From assembly GCA_963666315.2 (NCBI GenBank), contig CAXXHG010000018.1, positions 1-64,000 of the forward strand: a DNA stretch of 64,000 nucleotides. The letters are read 5' to 3'. A model generated the notes under the pieces. The model searched no databases. It was not told the origin of the DNA and was given only the letters and a program-made list of their open reading frames with translations. This DNA is from Candidatus Binatia bacterium. Its GTDB lineage: Bacteria; Desulfobacterota; Binatia; Bin18. The translations under genes and the position numbers were made by a program. This document shows positions 1-10,240 of the stretch, one piece after another. How positions within the stretch are numbered: position 1 is the first letter of the stretch; each line of letters begins with the position of its first letter.

Positions 1-1
1 C

Positions 2-76
2 CAAGCCGTGAATGAGCAGCGGGTGTTGATCTGGATCAATGTCCGTTATTCCAGCGTGATGCCGCTCAAAGTGTAA
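2..76 (+). CDS. 3' end of a gene running in from the left edge; possibly a PPOX-class (pyridoxamine 5'-phosphate oxidase family) protein
   Basis: Frame reads QAVNEQRVLIWINVRYSSVMPLKV*; the EQRVLI-type tail resembles PPOX-class enzymes; only 24 codons are visible. Confidence 0.3.
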   Translation, partial: QAVNEQRVLIWINVRYSSVMPLKV

Positions 77-510
77 GGACGAAGGCGTGATGATTCCGTG
101 GACACTCTGTAATGGGGTAAATGACCCGGTCTCGGTCGCGTGTCTGGGGGCGACAACCGTACGTGCGGCCGTTTCGAACCGAGACCGGCGTCCATAGGGC
201 CGTGCGGGTTGGCCTTGCCTTTTAGTAGGGTCTGGGGGACGCTGGTCCCCTTGAAACGCAGCTGCCGACAGGCGACCCCCACGTGCTTCCCCCACGAGCG
301 CAGCGCCCCCGGCAACTGCTTGGGTTATCCGTAAGAAACGTCGCCGCGTGATAGGAGATTTATGCTTCCTAGTTGTAACGTGGTCTTTTTTACGAACTGG
401 GTTGCTCATTTACGATGCCAGGATGGCGGACGGACCTTACTGCTATACCATGTTCGCCGCAGATAAAAACCTTGAGGGTGAGCCCTGACCAGCCCATAAA
501 GGACTTCGAT

Positions 511-594
511 CAGTTTTTCCAGCAAAGTCTCCGCGTCTTTCAGATCCACCGTCTCACATCCAGCCGTCAACCATCCAGACACAGATGCCAGCAG
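511..594 (-). pseudogene. Remnant of the C-terminus of an adenylate/guanylate cyclase-AAA-TPR protein
   Basis: LLASVSGWLTAGCETVDLKDAETLLEKL is a degenerate match to the family C-terminal motif [27 protein letters not shown]; no upstream body is present. Confidence 0.55.
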
Positions 595-668
595 CCCCCG
601 GTGATGTAACAACCCAACGGGTCCAGCGCAGCATGGCTTGACCAATTGGCCGGACCTGCGCTAAGCCG

Positions 669-1820
669 ATGGCAGTGACACAAGCAACCGCTTATGACCG
701 AGCCGCCACCAACCATGTCATTCAGAGTATGGGGATAAAGTTTCGTCAAGAAATTATACGCCCGATCGGGCCAACACCAGTCGATCTGCCCGTCAACCAG
801 TCGTTCTCGCTGGCTGCGACGCATCTGTTTCTGACCCTTCCGGATCAGCTCCGGACCTATTTGGCTCGGACGTCACCGGCAGACATCGCACAGCGCAACG
901 GGCATCTGGGTACGACCGTCTGCCCCCCGGCAATCTGGATGTTGGGCTATCATTTTCTGGTCGGGCGAGAGATTTTGCTCGACTTCGGCGTCCTCAAGGA
1001 CGCCGACCATGCGCAGGACATTGGTCTGGTCTTAGACTGTTGGCGGCAGTTCGCGACAAGCCACCGCAACGATGGACATGTGGATAATAGTGAGGCGGGC
1101 TGGTCAAATCACTTTCTATCGAGTGCGACTATTCAACAACTCTATCCGGCCTTGGTCCCCATTGATGATGAAATAAGACGAGTGACGGCCCAATTTCTTG
1201 CTGCGCTTGAATCCTATCTGTTCATTTTGAATGCTGAAGCGCGCCTTGGCATAGCCGATTCCGGCCCGTACCCGTTGAGCACGAATCGCGTGCTTATTGT
1301 CCGAGATTTTTTCGATCTCACCGGACGCCGGTACCCCTGGCGTGAGCTCACAGCCGAGATGCCGTATCGGAGCTGCAGCTTAGCCTTCACCCTCGATCCT
1401 GCAGATTTCCAGACCATAGAGTTGAGTGATCGTGCCGCCTTGGTGACCTCACCTAAAAACTATACGGATATGATTCGTGACCTTGTCCTTGTCAACCACG
1501 ACCATGGGCAACTACACGTGTTGCCTTTTACAGAGATAGACCGCCTCACCCGGGCCGCGAAAAAAATCCAGCCGCGGCTGCTCTCCTGTTTTCAGAATAA
1601 ATCCCGCCACAACGCGATCCTTTTCGGCGCACGCCCTTGGGCACTCAGACCACTCAGCCTGGTGATGCATGCCGAGCAGTGTTTGGATTGGGAACCAGCC
1701 CAAACGGCGCTTACTCTCTTATCGGAATACACGGATGATGATGCACTAGCGGCGCGCTGGGCGACGCATCGCTGCCTGGCCCGAGACCGCCGGTCGGCCT
1801 TTATGCCGGTGGAAAGATGA
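669..1820 (+). CDS. Conserved-looking hypothetical protein (383 aa)
   Basis: Long ORF with protein-like composition; motif YLFILNAEARLGIADSGPYPL..VLIVRDF; no function recognised. Confidence 0.8.
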   Translation: MAVTQATAYDRAATNHVIQSMGIKFRQEIIRPIGPTPVDLPVNQSFSLAATHLFLTLPDQLRTYLARTSPADIAQRNGHLGTTVCPPAIWMLGYHFLVGREILLDFGVLKDADHAQDIGLVLDCWRQFATSHRNDGHVDNSEAGWSNHFLSSATIQQLYPALVPIDDEIRRVTAQFLAALESYLFILNAEARLGIADSGPYPLSTNRVLIVRDFFDLTGRRYPWRELTAEMPYRSCSLAFTLDPADFQTIELSDRAALVTSPKNYTDMIRDLVLVNHDHGQLHVLPFTEIDRLTRAAKKIQPRLLSCFQNKSRHNAILFGARPWALRPLSLVMHAEQCLDWEPAQTALTLLSEYTDDDALAARWATHRCLARDRRSAFMPVER

Positions 1821-1834
1821 TCGTGAGTCCGCTC

Positions 1835-2185
1835 TTATGCGTAGCGTTCAAACCCAGTCGCTGAACGATGGGAAGCATACCCCCGCAGGGCATGTCGGGC
1901 GGTGGAGAGCGTGGACAACTCCTAGCGGATGGCGTCCAGCCGCGAGACCAGCCGAGCCTGGACCTGGGCTTCTTGATCGAGAATAGCCCGTATCAGGGCT
2001 GCCACAGTGCCGGCTTCGGGCCCGACAGCGGAGAATTCCTTTTCGGTTAAACCGTCAAACAGGTCTGTCCTTTTGGCGGCATATGACTGCCAGCGCTCGG
2101 GCGTCAGCTGGTCGCACTCCAGGAGCGCCGTTGTCTCCGCTTGGAGCTGCTCAAGCACGGGCACTAACATCGACACGATCTCCAT
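1835..2185 (-). pseudogene. FliT-like flagellar chaperone with premature amber stop
   Basis: Lies downstream of fliS; helical sequence; in-frame TAG at 1922-1924, after which the frame continues ELSTLSTARHALRGYA... to TAA at 1835. Confidence 0.55.
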
Positions 2186-2588
2186 AGCGTTCTTCCCAGG
2201 CCGTCCGCTTGCGCTCAGCCGCCACTGCGCCTTGCCAGCCTTCTTGGAGGGTCTTGAGAAGAGACATGACATTGTCGAGCGGCTTAGGGTCATTGCTCAA
2301 ATTCGCAGTCGTGATCTGATCGATCATATAGGCGTACAGATCGTCAAGATTTTTGGCAACTTCCCCGCCTGCCTCGAAATCCAAGCTAGTTTGAAATTCA
2401 GACAGAATGGCCAATGTTTTCTGGATGCACAGGCCTTTTTCCACCACATCGCCCGTCTCCATACCGACCTTGGCCCGGCATAGGAAGTCGACGGCACCCT
2501 GGTATAAGGCCAGCAAGATGGTTCCGGGATCGGCTGTGACTATACGGTTTTGTTGATACATCTGTAATCCGCGCAAATAATTGGCCAT
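2151..2588 (-). CDS. fliS: Flagellar export chaperone FliS
   Basis: YQQNRIVTADPGTILLALYQGA...SLDFEAGGEVAKNLDDLYAYM...LKTLQEGW is a typical FliS sequence. Confidence 0.92.
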   Translation of the reverse strand: MANYLRGLQMYQQNRIVTADPGTILLALYQGAVDFLCRAKVGMETGDVVEKGLCIQKTLAILSEFQTSLDFEAGGEVAKNLDDLYAYMIDQITTANLSNDPKPLDNVMSLLKTLQEGWQGAVAAERKRTAWEERYGDRVDVSARA

Positions 2589-2626
2589 GCAGACTATCCC
2601 CCTCTTGTCCCCAATTCTGTTTCGGC

Positions 2627-2959
2627 TCAGTTGCCTCCGATCGGCGTTAGTGCCGCGAACTGCAGAGCGAGAAAGTCGCTCTGCGTGTTCAACTGCGCGA
2701 TAAGCGATTCCAGCGCCGCGAACTCATTCACCAGGCGGAGCTCAAAAGCGGCAATGCGTTCCTCCTCCCTGGCGATCTTATCGTCGATAGTCTTGATACT
2801 GGCGGCGATGCCGTCCTGGCGTGCGGTGATGACTCCATCGATTGAGTCGATAAAATTATCGATAAGATCCGGGATGCGTTTCCCTATCCCGCCGTCGATA
2901 CTGAGATAGAGTTTTTGCACCCCGGCCACCGCGCCGTTCTCTACAGCGAACGGAGGCAT
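2627..2959 (-). pseudogene. fliD: C-terminal fragment of flagellar filament cap protein FliD
   Basis: DGVITARQDGI...RLVNEFAALESLIAQLNTQSDFL matches the FliD C-terminus; only about 100 aa remain; lies directly upstream of fliS. Confidence 0.8.
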
Positions 2960-3045
2960 TATGCAGATCCTGCATATTTCCCCCTGAAACGTCGAGAAGC
3001 CAAGCGTGCGCCTGACTTCTTATGCGACCGCTCTTCCGCTTTCTC

Positions 3046-3060
3046 GCAAGGCATATACCA
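3046..3060 (-). promoter_or_regulatory. sigma54 (-24/-12) promoter facing the fliD-fliS-fliT remnant
   Basis: Minus strand reads TGGTATATGCCTTGC, i.e. GG-N10-GC. Confidence 0.65.
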
Positions 3061-3304
3061 AGTATTCAGTATCGTGCATGCGTAGTATGAGGAGCGTACG
3101 CGTCTGCCGTCATACGCTGAAAAGCGCAGCAATCTTGGGCTTCAGCCTGATTCCGGTACCGCTTGCCTGACGTTAGCCTTGGCCTTGCTGTTCTCCATCC
3201 AGCTCCATTTAGGCAGTCAAAGAAAAGGCGTCCATTGTTGGTTTTCTGACAGTCTACCAGGCAGGATGCGCAACGTCAGCGGGCGATTCGGACGTGGCGG
3301 AGCG

Positions 3305-4257
3305 TCTTTTGCGCAGGCGTTCAATGAGCGTGGTACGGTTGAGGCGTAGGAGCTCGGCCGCCAGGGTCTTATTGCCCTAGGTGTGCACTAATGCCTGCTC
3401 GATCAACTGCCCCTCCTAGGCCTTCATCACCCCATTCAGGTCAACGCGCCCCCAGCCGGTAGCTCGACCGGTCCCCAACCCGCAAGTTGGCTGCCTAACG
3501 GGGCTTGTGTCGTACCGATATACTCTGGGATTTCCTGCTCCCGGAACGGTCCGTCGTCGTGCAACACCACCAACCGCTCGAGCACATTCTCTAACTCGCG
3601 CACATTGCCCGGCCAGCCGTAGCGCTCGAACCGACTCCACACCCCGGCCTCCACTTTGTCGGGTTGAATCCCATGCCGACCCAGAAAATACTCCCCCAAC
3701 ACCCGAATATCGCCTTGGCGCTCGCGCAGCGGGGGTAAAACAACGGGCACCACATGCAGCCGGTAGGACGAATCTTCCCGAAACGTCCCTTCACGCACTG
3801 CGCAACCTAAGTCCTGATTCGTCGCCGCCACCACACGCACGTCAACCGACACAGCCCGATCACTCCCGACGGGCTCGAAGCACCGCTCCTGCAATACGCG
3901 CAGCAGCTTCACCTGCAGTTTGGGCTGCATCTCTCCGATCTCATTTAAGAACAAGGTCCCCCTATGGGCCAACTGGAAACGGCCCGAACGCGATTGGATG
4001 GCCCCGGTAAACGCACCTTTCACATGTCCAAAAAGCTCACTCTCTAGTAACTCCTCCGAGAGTGCCGCACAGTTGATGGGCACAAAGGGCTGGGCGGCAC
4101 GCGGGCTACGGGTATGTAGCGCACGGGCCACGAGTTCTTTACCCGTGCCACTCTCGCCCGAGACCAAGACGGTCGTGTCACAGGGGGCGAGTTTATCAAT
4201 GAGACGTTGGACTTGTTGCAGGGCTGGGCTCGTACCAACCAGCTGAGTATAGGACAT
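3305..4257 (-). pseudogene. sigma54-dependent Fis-family activator (FleQ/FlrA-like), inactivated
   Basis: GESGTGKE and GAFTGA are intact, but Walker B reads LFLNE (D>N) and FREDSSYRL is degenerate; frameshift near 3440; the HTH continues in another frame as KA*EGQLIEQALVHT*GNKTLAAELLRLNRTTLIERLRK with TAGs at 3416 and 3377. Confidence 0.85.
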
Positions 4258-4379
4258 AGGCGGGGATTCCTTTCCTGTGCAAACGAACTCCCCTACTTGG
4301 AAGGCCCAATATGACAAGAGAACAAGTTGACAAGATAATCGGCACAGGCAGAAGTGAGCAGAGGGTGGCCTCAGCCTCC

Positions 4380-4394
4380 GCAACCCTCATGCCA
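4380..4394 (-). promoter_or_regulatory. sigma54 promoter upstream of the activator gene
   Basis: Minus strand reads TGGCATGAGGGTTGC, a near-consensus GG-N10-GC. Confidence 0.7.
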
Positions 4395-4711
4395 GCCCAA
4401 ATCACCTCAACTATTACTTGAGATATAGAGCCCTACATCCCGGATTTATTCTTGACAATATACGTCCTCGGCCTGTGTATCATATCAAAATAGATTCTGG
4501 TAAAAATGTGACACCATAACATCATAGCTTTTACGAGAAATGCAAATAGTTGAATAAAAATAGCTATTTATGAGAATCGTAGAGCATGTCAATCAAAAGT
4601 CGGCAAAAAATACCACTGCACCAAATCCCAAAAAATATTTTGTGTGTCTTCTTACCGGCAGGCACTTTTCTTTGTCTCTCTTCATGTTAGTAAAAATAAT
4701 AGGATAAGAGT

Positions 4712-5614
4712 GTGTTACCGTCATTATTCACATCCCAGTTTCTGGCTCGTCTGGAGACATTGCGTATCCGGACCAGACGCCGCTTCCTCGGCAATCGGCC
4801 TGGAGGCCATCTCTCGCTTCGACGTGGCGCCGGGCTCGAGTTTGCCGACTACCGGCGCTATGCCCCAGGTGACGATCTGCGCTATATTGACTGGAATCTG
4901 TACGGTCGCACGGATCGCCTGTATATCAAGCAGTTTCAACAGGAAGAGGAACTCTATACGTCGCTCTTTCTCGACTTGAGCGCCTCCATGGCTTATCCGA
5001 CTCAGGACCACAAACACGAGGCGGCGCGGGACATTATTTTATCGCTCGCCCACGTTGTACTGGCCGGAAACGACGCAGTGAAGTTGTCCGTTTTGGGAGG
5101 GAGATCCACACAAGCGGCACAATCGACAACCCCGTTCTTTCGAGGCCGCCAGCGGATCTTCGCCCTGGCGGATTTCCTCAGCACACACAGCCCGGCAGGC
5201 CGGGTCGATGTTGTGCAAACGTTTGCCCAGCAACTGCAAACGGCTCATCGTCCGGGCAAAGCGATTTGGATCTCTGATTTTTTATTTCCGCTGTCGGTGT
5301 TACGCGCAACACTGAGTCTGTTGCGCGGTATGAATTCTGATATCGCACTGATTCAGGTCCTCGGGCACGAAGAGCTAGACCCGCCCCTATTCCCAGCCGG
5401 TGCTCGAATGGTTGATAGTGAAAATGGAGAAGAAACGCTGGTATATTTTGACGCCGGGGCGAAACAGACCTATATGCAACGCTTGGATCGGCATAGTCGA
5501 GAATTACAGAGTTCGTGTCATCAGGCCGGCGTCCATTATGCGCGTTTTGTAACGCACCAAGACCTGCCAGACTTTATTCTGAACGAGCTTCCAGCATTGG
5601 GGCTGTTGAAGTAA
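4712..5614 (+). CDS. DUF58 domain protein (MoxR-associated)
   Basis: GLEFADYRRYAPGDDLRYIDWN..RTDRLYIKQF and DLSASM motifs. Confidence 0.92.
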   Translation: MLPSLFTSQFLARLETLRIRTRRRFLGNRPGGHLSLRRGAGLEFADYRRYAPGDDLRYIDWNLYGRTDRLYIKQFQQEEELYTSLFLDLSASMAYPTQDHKHEAARDIILSLAHVVLAGNDAVKLSVLGGRSTQAAQSTTPFFRGRQRIFALADFLSTHSPAGRVDVVQTFAQQLQTAHRPGKAIWISDFLFPLSVLRATLSLLRGMNSDIALIQVLGHEELDPPLFPAGARMVDSENGEETLVYFDAGAKQTYMQRLDRHSRELQSSCHQAGVHYARFVTHQDLPDFILNELPALGLLK

Positions 5615-5643
5615 CCCTCGTTGAGGGAACCCTCTAGGACTAC

Positions 5644-7554
5644 ATGGAATTTACCTTTCTTTCGCCAGCTGTATTTTCTCTGCTATTGGCCCTGCCGTTG
5701 CTCTTTCTGCCCTATCTGCTCCAGCAGCGGCATACACAGTTGGTCGTGTCGGCCCTGTTTCTGTACCAAGACATATCTGCGCCCGCCCGACGACGGCTGT
5801 GGGGCAGACTCCGGCTTACACCGTTATTTTTCCTGCAGTTGTTGATCCTGCTGCTGCTGGTTGGCATTGCCGCCCGGCCGACCCTTCAACAAGACGCAAC
5901 GCAAAAGATAGCAATTGTTATGGATACATCGGCGAGTATGCAAACGCGTACTGATTCAGAAGCGCGCACCCTTTTTGACATGGCGAAAACACGGCTGGCT
6001 CAAGAGCTTTCCTCTGTCTCTGCGGAAAGTCTGGTCAGCGTGTTTACCACCAACCCGCTGGTTCCCAACGGGTTGGGAACCACGCCCGCCGAATCAACAC
6101 TGCCCTTGTCCGACATGCCAAACATCCCAAACATTTTGCAGCAGTTATCCGTGAGCGACGCACCTGACCCAAGCGATACGGCCCTGTCTACCTTTTTCAA
6201 CCAACTCCTCAATGAGCATGGATTTGATCGTGTTTTTTTCTTTACCGACCGGTCCCTGCCCCAACGTAGTGACTCTCAGCAACGTGGTGACTTTAAAATA
6301 GACTCTCAGACTCTGCGCGTGGTGACACTCGGCACTCCCCGCCCCAATCTCGCCATTACCGACTTTCGCCTGTACCGCAGCCCGTTCTACCCGGATGAGA
6401 TCCAGGCAACGGTACGTGTCTATGCGGAAGAAACACAGGCCGCCTGGCAGGTCGTTATCGAAGACAGCCTGACCAACCAACGCCTCATGGCCCAGCAGGC
6501 CACTCAGACTGCACAGCAGACCTTCTCTTTTTCCCATCTTCCAGTCACACACACCTATCGCGCCCGGATTCTTATTGATCCCAAAGAGGATGGGCTAGAC
6601 CTGGATAATACAGCCTATGCCGTACTCCCAACGCTCACAGACGTGCAGGTCCTGCTCGTCACGCCAACGCCTGAAATCGGGCAAAGCTTACGACATATTC
6701 CGAACCTCAAACTGACACTCCAGACGCCTCAGGCCTACGACCCCGAGCAGGTGTCCCAGTTCGGATTCATCCTTTTTCATCTCACCGCACCTGAGGTCTT
6801 ACCACCGACGCCGGCGGCCTTCCTCCTACCTCCGGAAGGCAACCGGCTTTTCTCGCTTGGACAGGCCGCTACGCAACCTCGGATCACAAACTGGTCACTC
6901 GGCCATCCACTCACCGCCTACCTGACCTTCTCCCTCTTACGCCCGGTCTATGCTCAAGCCCTCCAGCCTGCGGTGTGGTGTCCGGCCATTATCCACAGTA
7001 CAGCCGGCCCGCTGGTGCTGGCCGGAGAACGGGCCGGCTATCGCTACGTCGCCACGGGATTCGACATTCTGCCGTATCTTGGACAAAAAAACCTGCCGGT
7101 TTCCATTCTCACCTTGAATATTCTGGGCTGGCTTGCGAACCCGGCCGGCCGGCAGGGACATTATACAACCGGCGATGTCGTCGCCCCCCAGCCCAAGTCA
7201 AACGGAGCGAACGGGGCACCCGGCTCAACACTCCAGATTCGGTTTCCACACCAAACCACCTTTCAGCTGCTCAAAAGTGCCGGACCGCTGAACCAACAGG
7301 GAGTCTATACTTTTCGTGAAAATGGTGTGGAACGTCGTGTTGCCGTCAATCTGTTTAGCCCAGAAGAGGCCCGCTTAGGGAAGCCGCTGTCTTTGCCACA
7401 GGAGGCATCCGAAACGTTTGGTGTGCCTTCGGAGACCGCTGCGCGGACAGTGGATCAACCCCTGTGGCCCTGGCTGCTGCTGGCAGTGCTCGGTTTGTGC
7501 GGCCTGGAGTGGTGGTTTGCCGCGCGGGCTGTTGAGGCTGTGCCCTCAAGCTGA
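5644..7554 (+). CDS. BatA-type N-terminal membrane anchor plus VWA domain protein
   Basis: N-terminal TM pair (F.SP..LLLALP; LQLLILLLL..AARP), MIDAS-like DTSAS, C-terminal LWPWLLLAVL..LEWW anchor. Confidence 0.85.
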   Translation: MEFTFLSPAVFSLLLALPLLFLPYLLQQRHTQLVVSALFLYQDISAPARRRLWGRLRLTPLFFLQLLILLLLVGIAARPTLQQDATQKIAIVMDTSASMQTRTDSEARTLFDMAKTRLAQELSSVSAESLVSVFTTNPLVPNGLGTTPAESTLPLSDMPNIPNILQQLSVSDAPDPSDTALSTFFNQLLNEHGFDRVFFFTDRSLPQRSDSQQRGDFKIDSQTLRVVTLGTPRPNLAITDFRLYRSPFYPDEIQATVRVYAEETQAAWQVVIEDSLTNQRLMAQQATQTAQQTFSFSHLPVTHTYRARILIDPKEDGLDLDNTAYAVLPTLTDVQVLLVTPTPEIGQSLRHIPNLKLTLQTPQAYDPEQVSQFGFILFHLTAPEVLPPTPAAFLLPPEGNRLFSLGQAATQPRITNWSLGHPLTAYLTFSLLRPVYAQALQPAVWCPAIIHSTAGPLVLAGERAGYRYVATGFDILPYLGQKNLPVSILTLNILGWLANPAGRQGHYTTGDVVAPQPKSNGANGAPGSTLQIRFPHQTTFQLLKSAGPLNQQGVYTFRENGVERRVAVNLFSPEEARLGKPLSLPQEASETFGVPSETAARTVDQPLWPWLLLAVLGLCGLEWWFAARAVEAVPSS

Positions 7555-7565
7555 GTGTTACGCTG

Positions 7566-10142
7566 ATGGACAGTCTTGCTTTTCTCACCGATCTCTTGCC
7601 TCCATTTGCCTGGAGCCGGCCGATCTTTTTATATGGGCTGGGGATCATTCCCCTTATTCTGGTATGGCAATACTTTGCCTTCCGACAGCGCCCATCGGTT
7701 GAGAGCCTGGTCCTGCGTGGTCTCTTCCTCGCCCTGATCATACTGACAGCTGCCGGACCATATACATTCGGCCCACGCCAACCAACTCCGCCCGTGCTGG
7801 TATTGGATCTTTCTCAGAGCCTGACTCCCGCCCAACGGCAGTGGATGCAGCAGACCATTACGCACCAGCTCAATCCTACTCCGGAGACCCCGGTACTGGC
7901 CTTTGCCGGCAATACCAAACGGCTCTCGTGGCAAGACGCACAACCGATTTTGAGCAGTCCCCCCGTGGCGCTGCGGACCGAAGAAACTAATATTGAGTCC
8001 GTCCTGGGCCAGCTCGTGCAGCTCTCGGAAGAGACGCAGCCCCGGCACGTGTATATATTCAGCGACGGCTGGGAAACGCACGGTACGGCAACAACTCTCC
8101 TGCCGGCCCTAGCCGCGCAGAACCTGCGTCTCTACCCGCTCCCGCCTCCGTCGGAAGAACATCCGGCCAATATTGCGCTGCGTCGTCTGGGCGCTCCACA
8201 GTCCACCTCAGGCGGGGAATCGATTGAGATCGCTGTTGCACTTGAAAACACCGCTACCAAACCTGCTCACGGCGAGCTGATTGTGCGTGAGCACGACACG
8301 ATTGTATGGCAGCACTCAGTCGAGCTTCGGCCCGGCACCTCGCTGTTTACGCACTCGTTACGTCTATCAAACACCGGGCTCGTCCCACTCCATGCGACGT
8401 TCACCCCGGACCCAGACGCCGTCGATGCTGTCCTGCACGACAATCAGGCAACCGCCTGGGTGCAGGTCGCGCCAACAGAAAAAGTCTTGCTGCTGAGTGC
8501 CACAAGCCGAGATAATCGATACTTGAAAAAAGCGCTGATCAGTCATGGCCTCAACGTGACAGCGCTGGCGCTCGGTACAACGCCGTCCGCTCTGCCTGCG
8601 CCGGACGCTTTTGCCGCAGTGATTCTGAACAATGTGGCCAAAGACCTCTTACCCCCGGCCTTGATCCGAAGTTTGGACCCGTATGTCAAAAACGGCGGGG
8701 GATTCCTTATGATCGGTGGAGAAAATAGCCTGGGACTCGGACGCTATGCTGGCACGCTGATTGAAAAAATCTTACCCGTACATTTGGTCCCGCCGCAAAA
8801 AGAAGACAAGCGGACCGCTATGCTGCTCATCATCGATAAGTCCGGCAGTATGCGTAAGCAGCACAAGCTCTTATACGCCCAGGCAGGGGCTCGGGCCGTC
8901 GCCCGCAACCTGAAAGACACGGACCTGTTTGGGGTGATCGGATTTGACAAAACCCCATTTGTGGTTGCCCCGTTGGATTACTTAGGCAAGACGCGCCACC
9001 AGCTGGATGACCGCATCGGCCGCCTGAAACCATCCGGGGGGACGCTCTTGCTGCCTGCCCTACAGGAAGCCAAGCGTCAGCTAGAACACCAGTATGCAAC
9101 CCGCAAGCATATTGTGGTACTGACCGATGGTGAGACCGGGGGGAGTGGCGGTGAGTATCTGGACCTGATCTCGGTCATGCGCAACGAACTAAAAATTACG
9201 CTCTCGACGATTGCCGTTGGCAGGCAGCCGAATCTGCGTCTGTTATCTCGTTTGGCCGACTATGGTGGCGGAGTATTTCATCATACGACCGACCCCACAA
9301 CGCTGCCCGATCTCTTCCTGGATGCAGTATCAGATAAGCCCGAAGAGAAGACCATGGTTGAGCGCCAACTCACGCCCATTCCGAACCGCAGCTCGCCCCT
9401 GCTCAAAGACTTAGCCACGCACCGGCTGCCCGCGGTCAAAGGCTATGTCGAAACCAAACTGAAAAAGGGCGCACGAGTTGATGTGTCGCTCCGCGATGAG
9501 GAGAAACGCCCGCCCCTCTTAGCATCCTGGTCCTATGGCCGAGGCAAAGCGATAGCCTTTACCTCGGATGCAAACGGCCGCTGGTCCGCCCCGTGGATCC
9601 GTTGGGATCGATATAGTCAATTCTGGAACCAAACCGTACGCTGGAGTTTTCCGCCAGACAAAAAGGAAGCACCTCCCTTCTCGGTAGAAGTGGGCCATGA
9701 TGACGCCGGCATACTGGTAGAGGTCTTTTTCTATGGCGCGCGGGAACCTGACGGGCCAACCACGGTGACCATTACGGCCCCGAGCGAGGCGGCAACAACG
9801 TTCGCCTTAGAACGTCTGGCGCCCGGACATTATCAGGGCGCGTATGCCACCACTATACCCGGAGACTACACCCTTGACGTGGCCCTGGCCTCGGGTCAAC
9901 ATCTCGGTCCGTTGGGGTATAGCCTGCCTGCGCTTCGACCACGCGAAGCGCCTCAGCCTCAACCCAATCTTGTACTCTTGGAAACACTGGCCACAGCCAC
10001 GGGCGGCAGTCTTAGTCCGGGTCTGACCAGCCTGACCACTCCGCTGGGACAACCCGCACACAGCCCGCTGCTGCCCTTTCTCATGCCGTTGGCTATGATG
10101 GTTTATTTTGTTGAACTCGTCGTACGCCGGCTCACCGCCTAG
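7566..10142 (+). CDS. Membrane VWA-domain protein with GATase-like (DUF1355-type) domain
   Basis: DLSQS and DKSGS MIDAS motifs, LTDG, YVKNGGGFLMIGG, PLLASWSYGRGKAIAFTSD..RW. Confidence 0.85.
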   Translation: MDSLAFLTDLLPPFAWSRPIFLYGLGIIPLILVWQYFAFRQRPSVESLVLRGLFLALIILTAAGPYTFGPRQPTPPVLVLDLSQSLTPAQRQWMQQTITHQLNPTPETPVLAFAGNTKRLSWQDAQPILSSPPVALRTEETNIESVLGQLVQLSEETQPRHVYIFSDGWETHGTATTLLPALAAQNLRLYPLPPPSEEHPANIALRRLGAPQSTSGGESIEIAVALENTATKPAHGELIVREHDTIVWQHSVELRPGTSLFTHSLRLSNTGLVPLHATFTPDPDAVDAVLHDNQATAWVQVAPTEKVLLLSATSRDNRYLKKALISHGLNVTALALGTTPSALPAPDAFAAVILNNVAKDLLPPALIRSLDPYVKNGGGFLMIGGENSLGLGRYAGTLIEKILPVHLVPPQKEDKRTAMLLIIDKSGSMRKQHKLLYAQAGARAVARNLKDTDLFGVIGFDKTPFVVAPLDYLGKTRHQLDDRIGRLKPSGGTLLLPALQEAKRQLEHQYATRKHIVVLTDGETGGSGGEYLDLISVMRNELKITLSTIAVGRQPNLRLLSRLADYGGGVFHHTTDPTTLPDLFLDAVSDKPEEKTMVERQLTPIPNRSSPLLKDLATHRLPAVKGYVETKLKKGARVDVSLRDEEKRPPLLASWSYGRGKAIAFTSDANGRWSAPWIRWDRYSQFWNQTVRWSFPPDKKEAPPFSVEVGHDDAGILVEVFFYGAREPDGPTTVTITAPSEAATTFALERLAPGHYQGAYATTIPGDYTLDVALASGQHLGPLGYSLPALRPREAPQPQPNLVLLETLATATGGSLSPGLTSLTTPLGQPAHSPLLPFLMPLAMMVYFVELVVRRLTA

Positions 10143-10240
10143 CTGCCCCACTTACCCCGCTTGCTCAAGCGCGGCCTGCCTGGTATGGCGGGCGTTCAGA
10201 CTGAACACGGGCTGATTATTCGAGCAAGCGGGCAAGATAG

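Noticed and set aside
150-190. Minus-strand GCACGTACGGTT resembles the 3' strand of group II intron domain V; GGGGGCG resembles a tmRNA 5' end
   Set aside because: The AGC/CGC catalytic-triad pairing, domain VI, RT gene and tmRNA tag/3' end are all missing
296-325. GCCCCCGGCAACTGC resembles part of a cobalamin riboswitch
   Set aside because: No upstream GGGAA/B12-box elements and no B12-related gene downstream
4452-4483. TTGACA...TATCAT as a sigma70 promoter for the DUF58 operon
   Set aside because: The spacer is 20 bp, outside the 16-18 bp range
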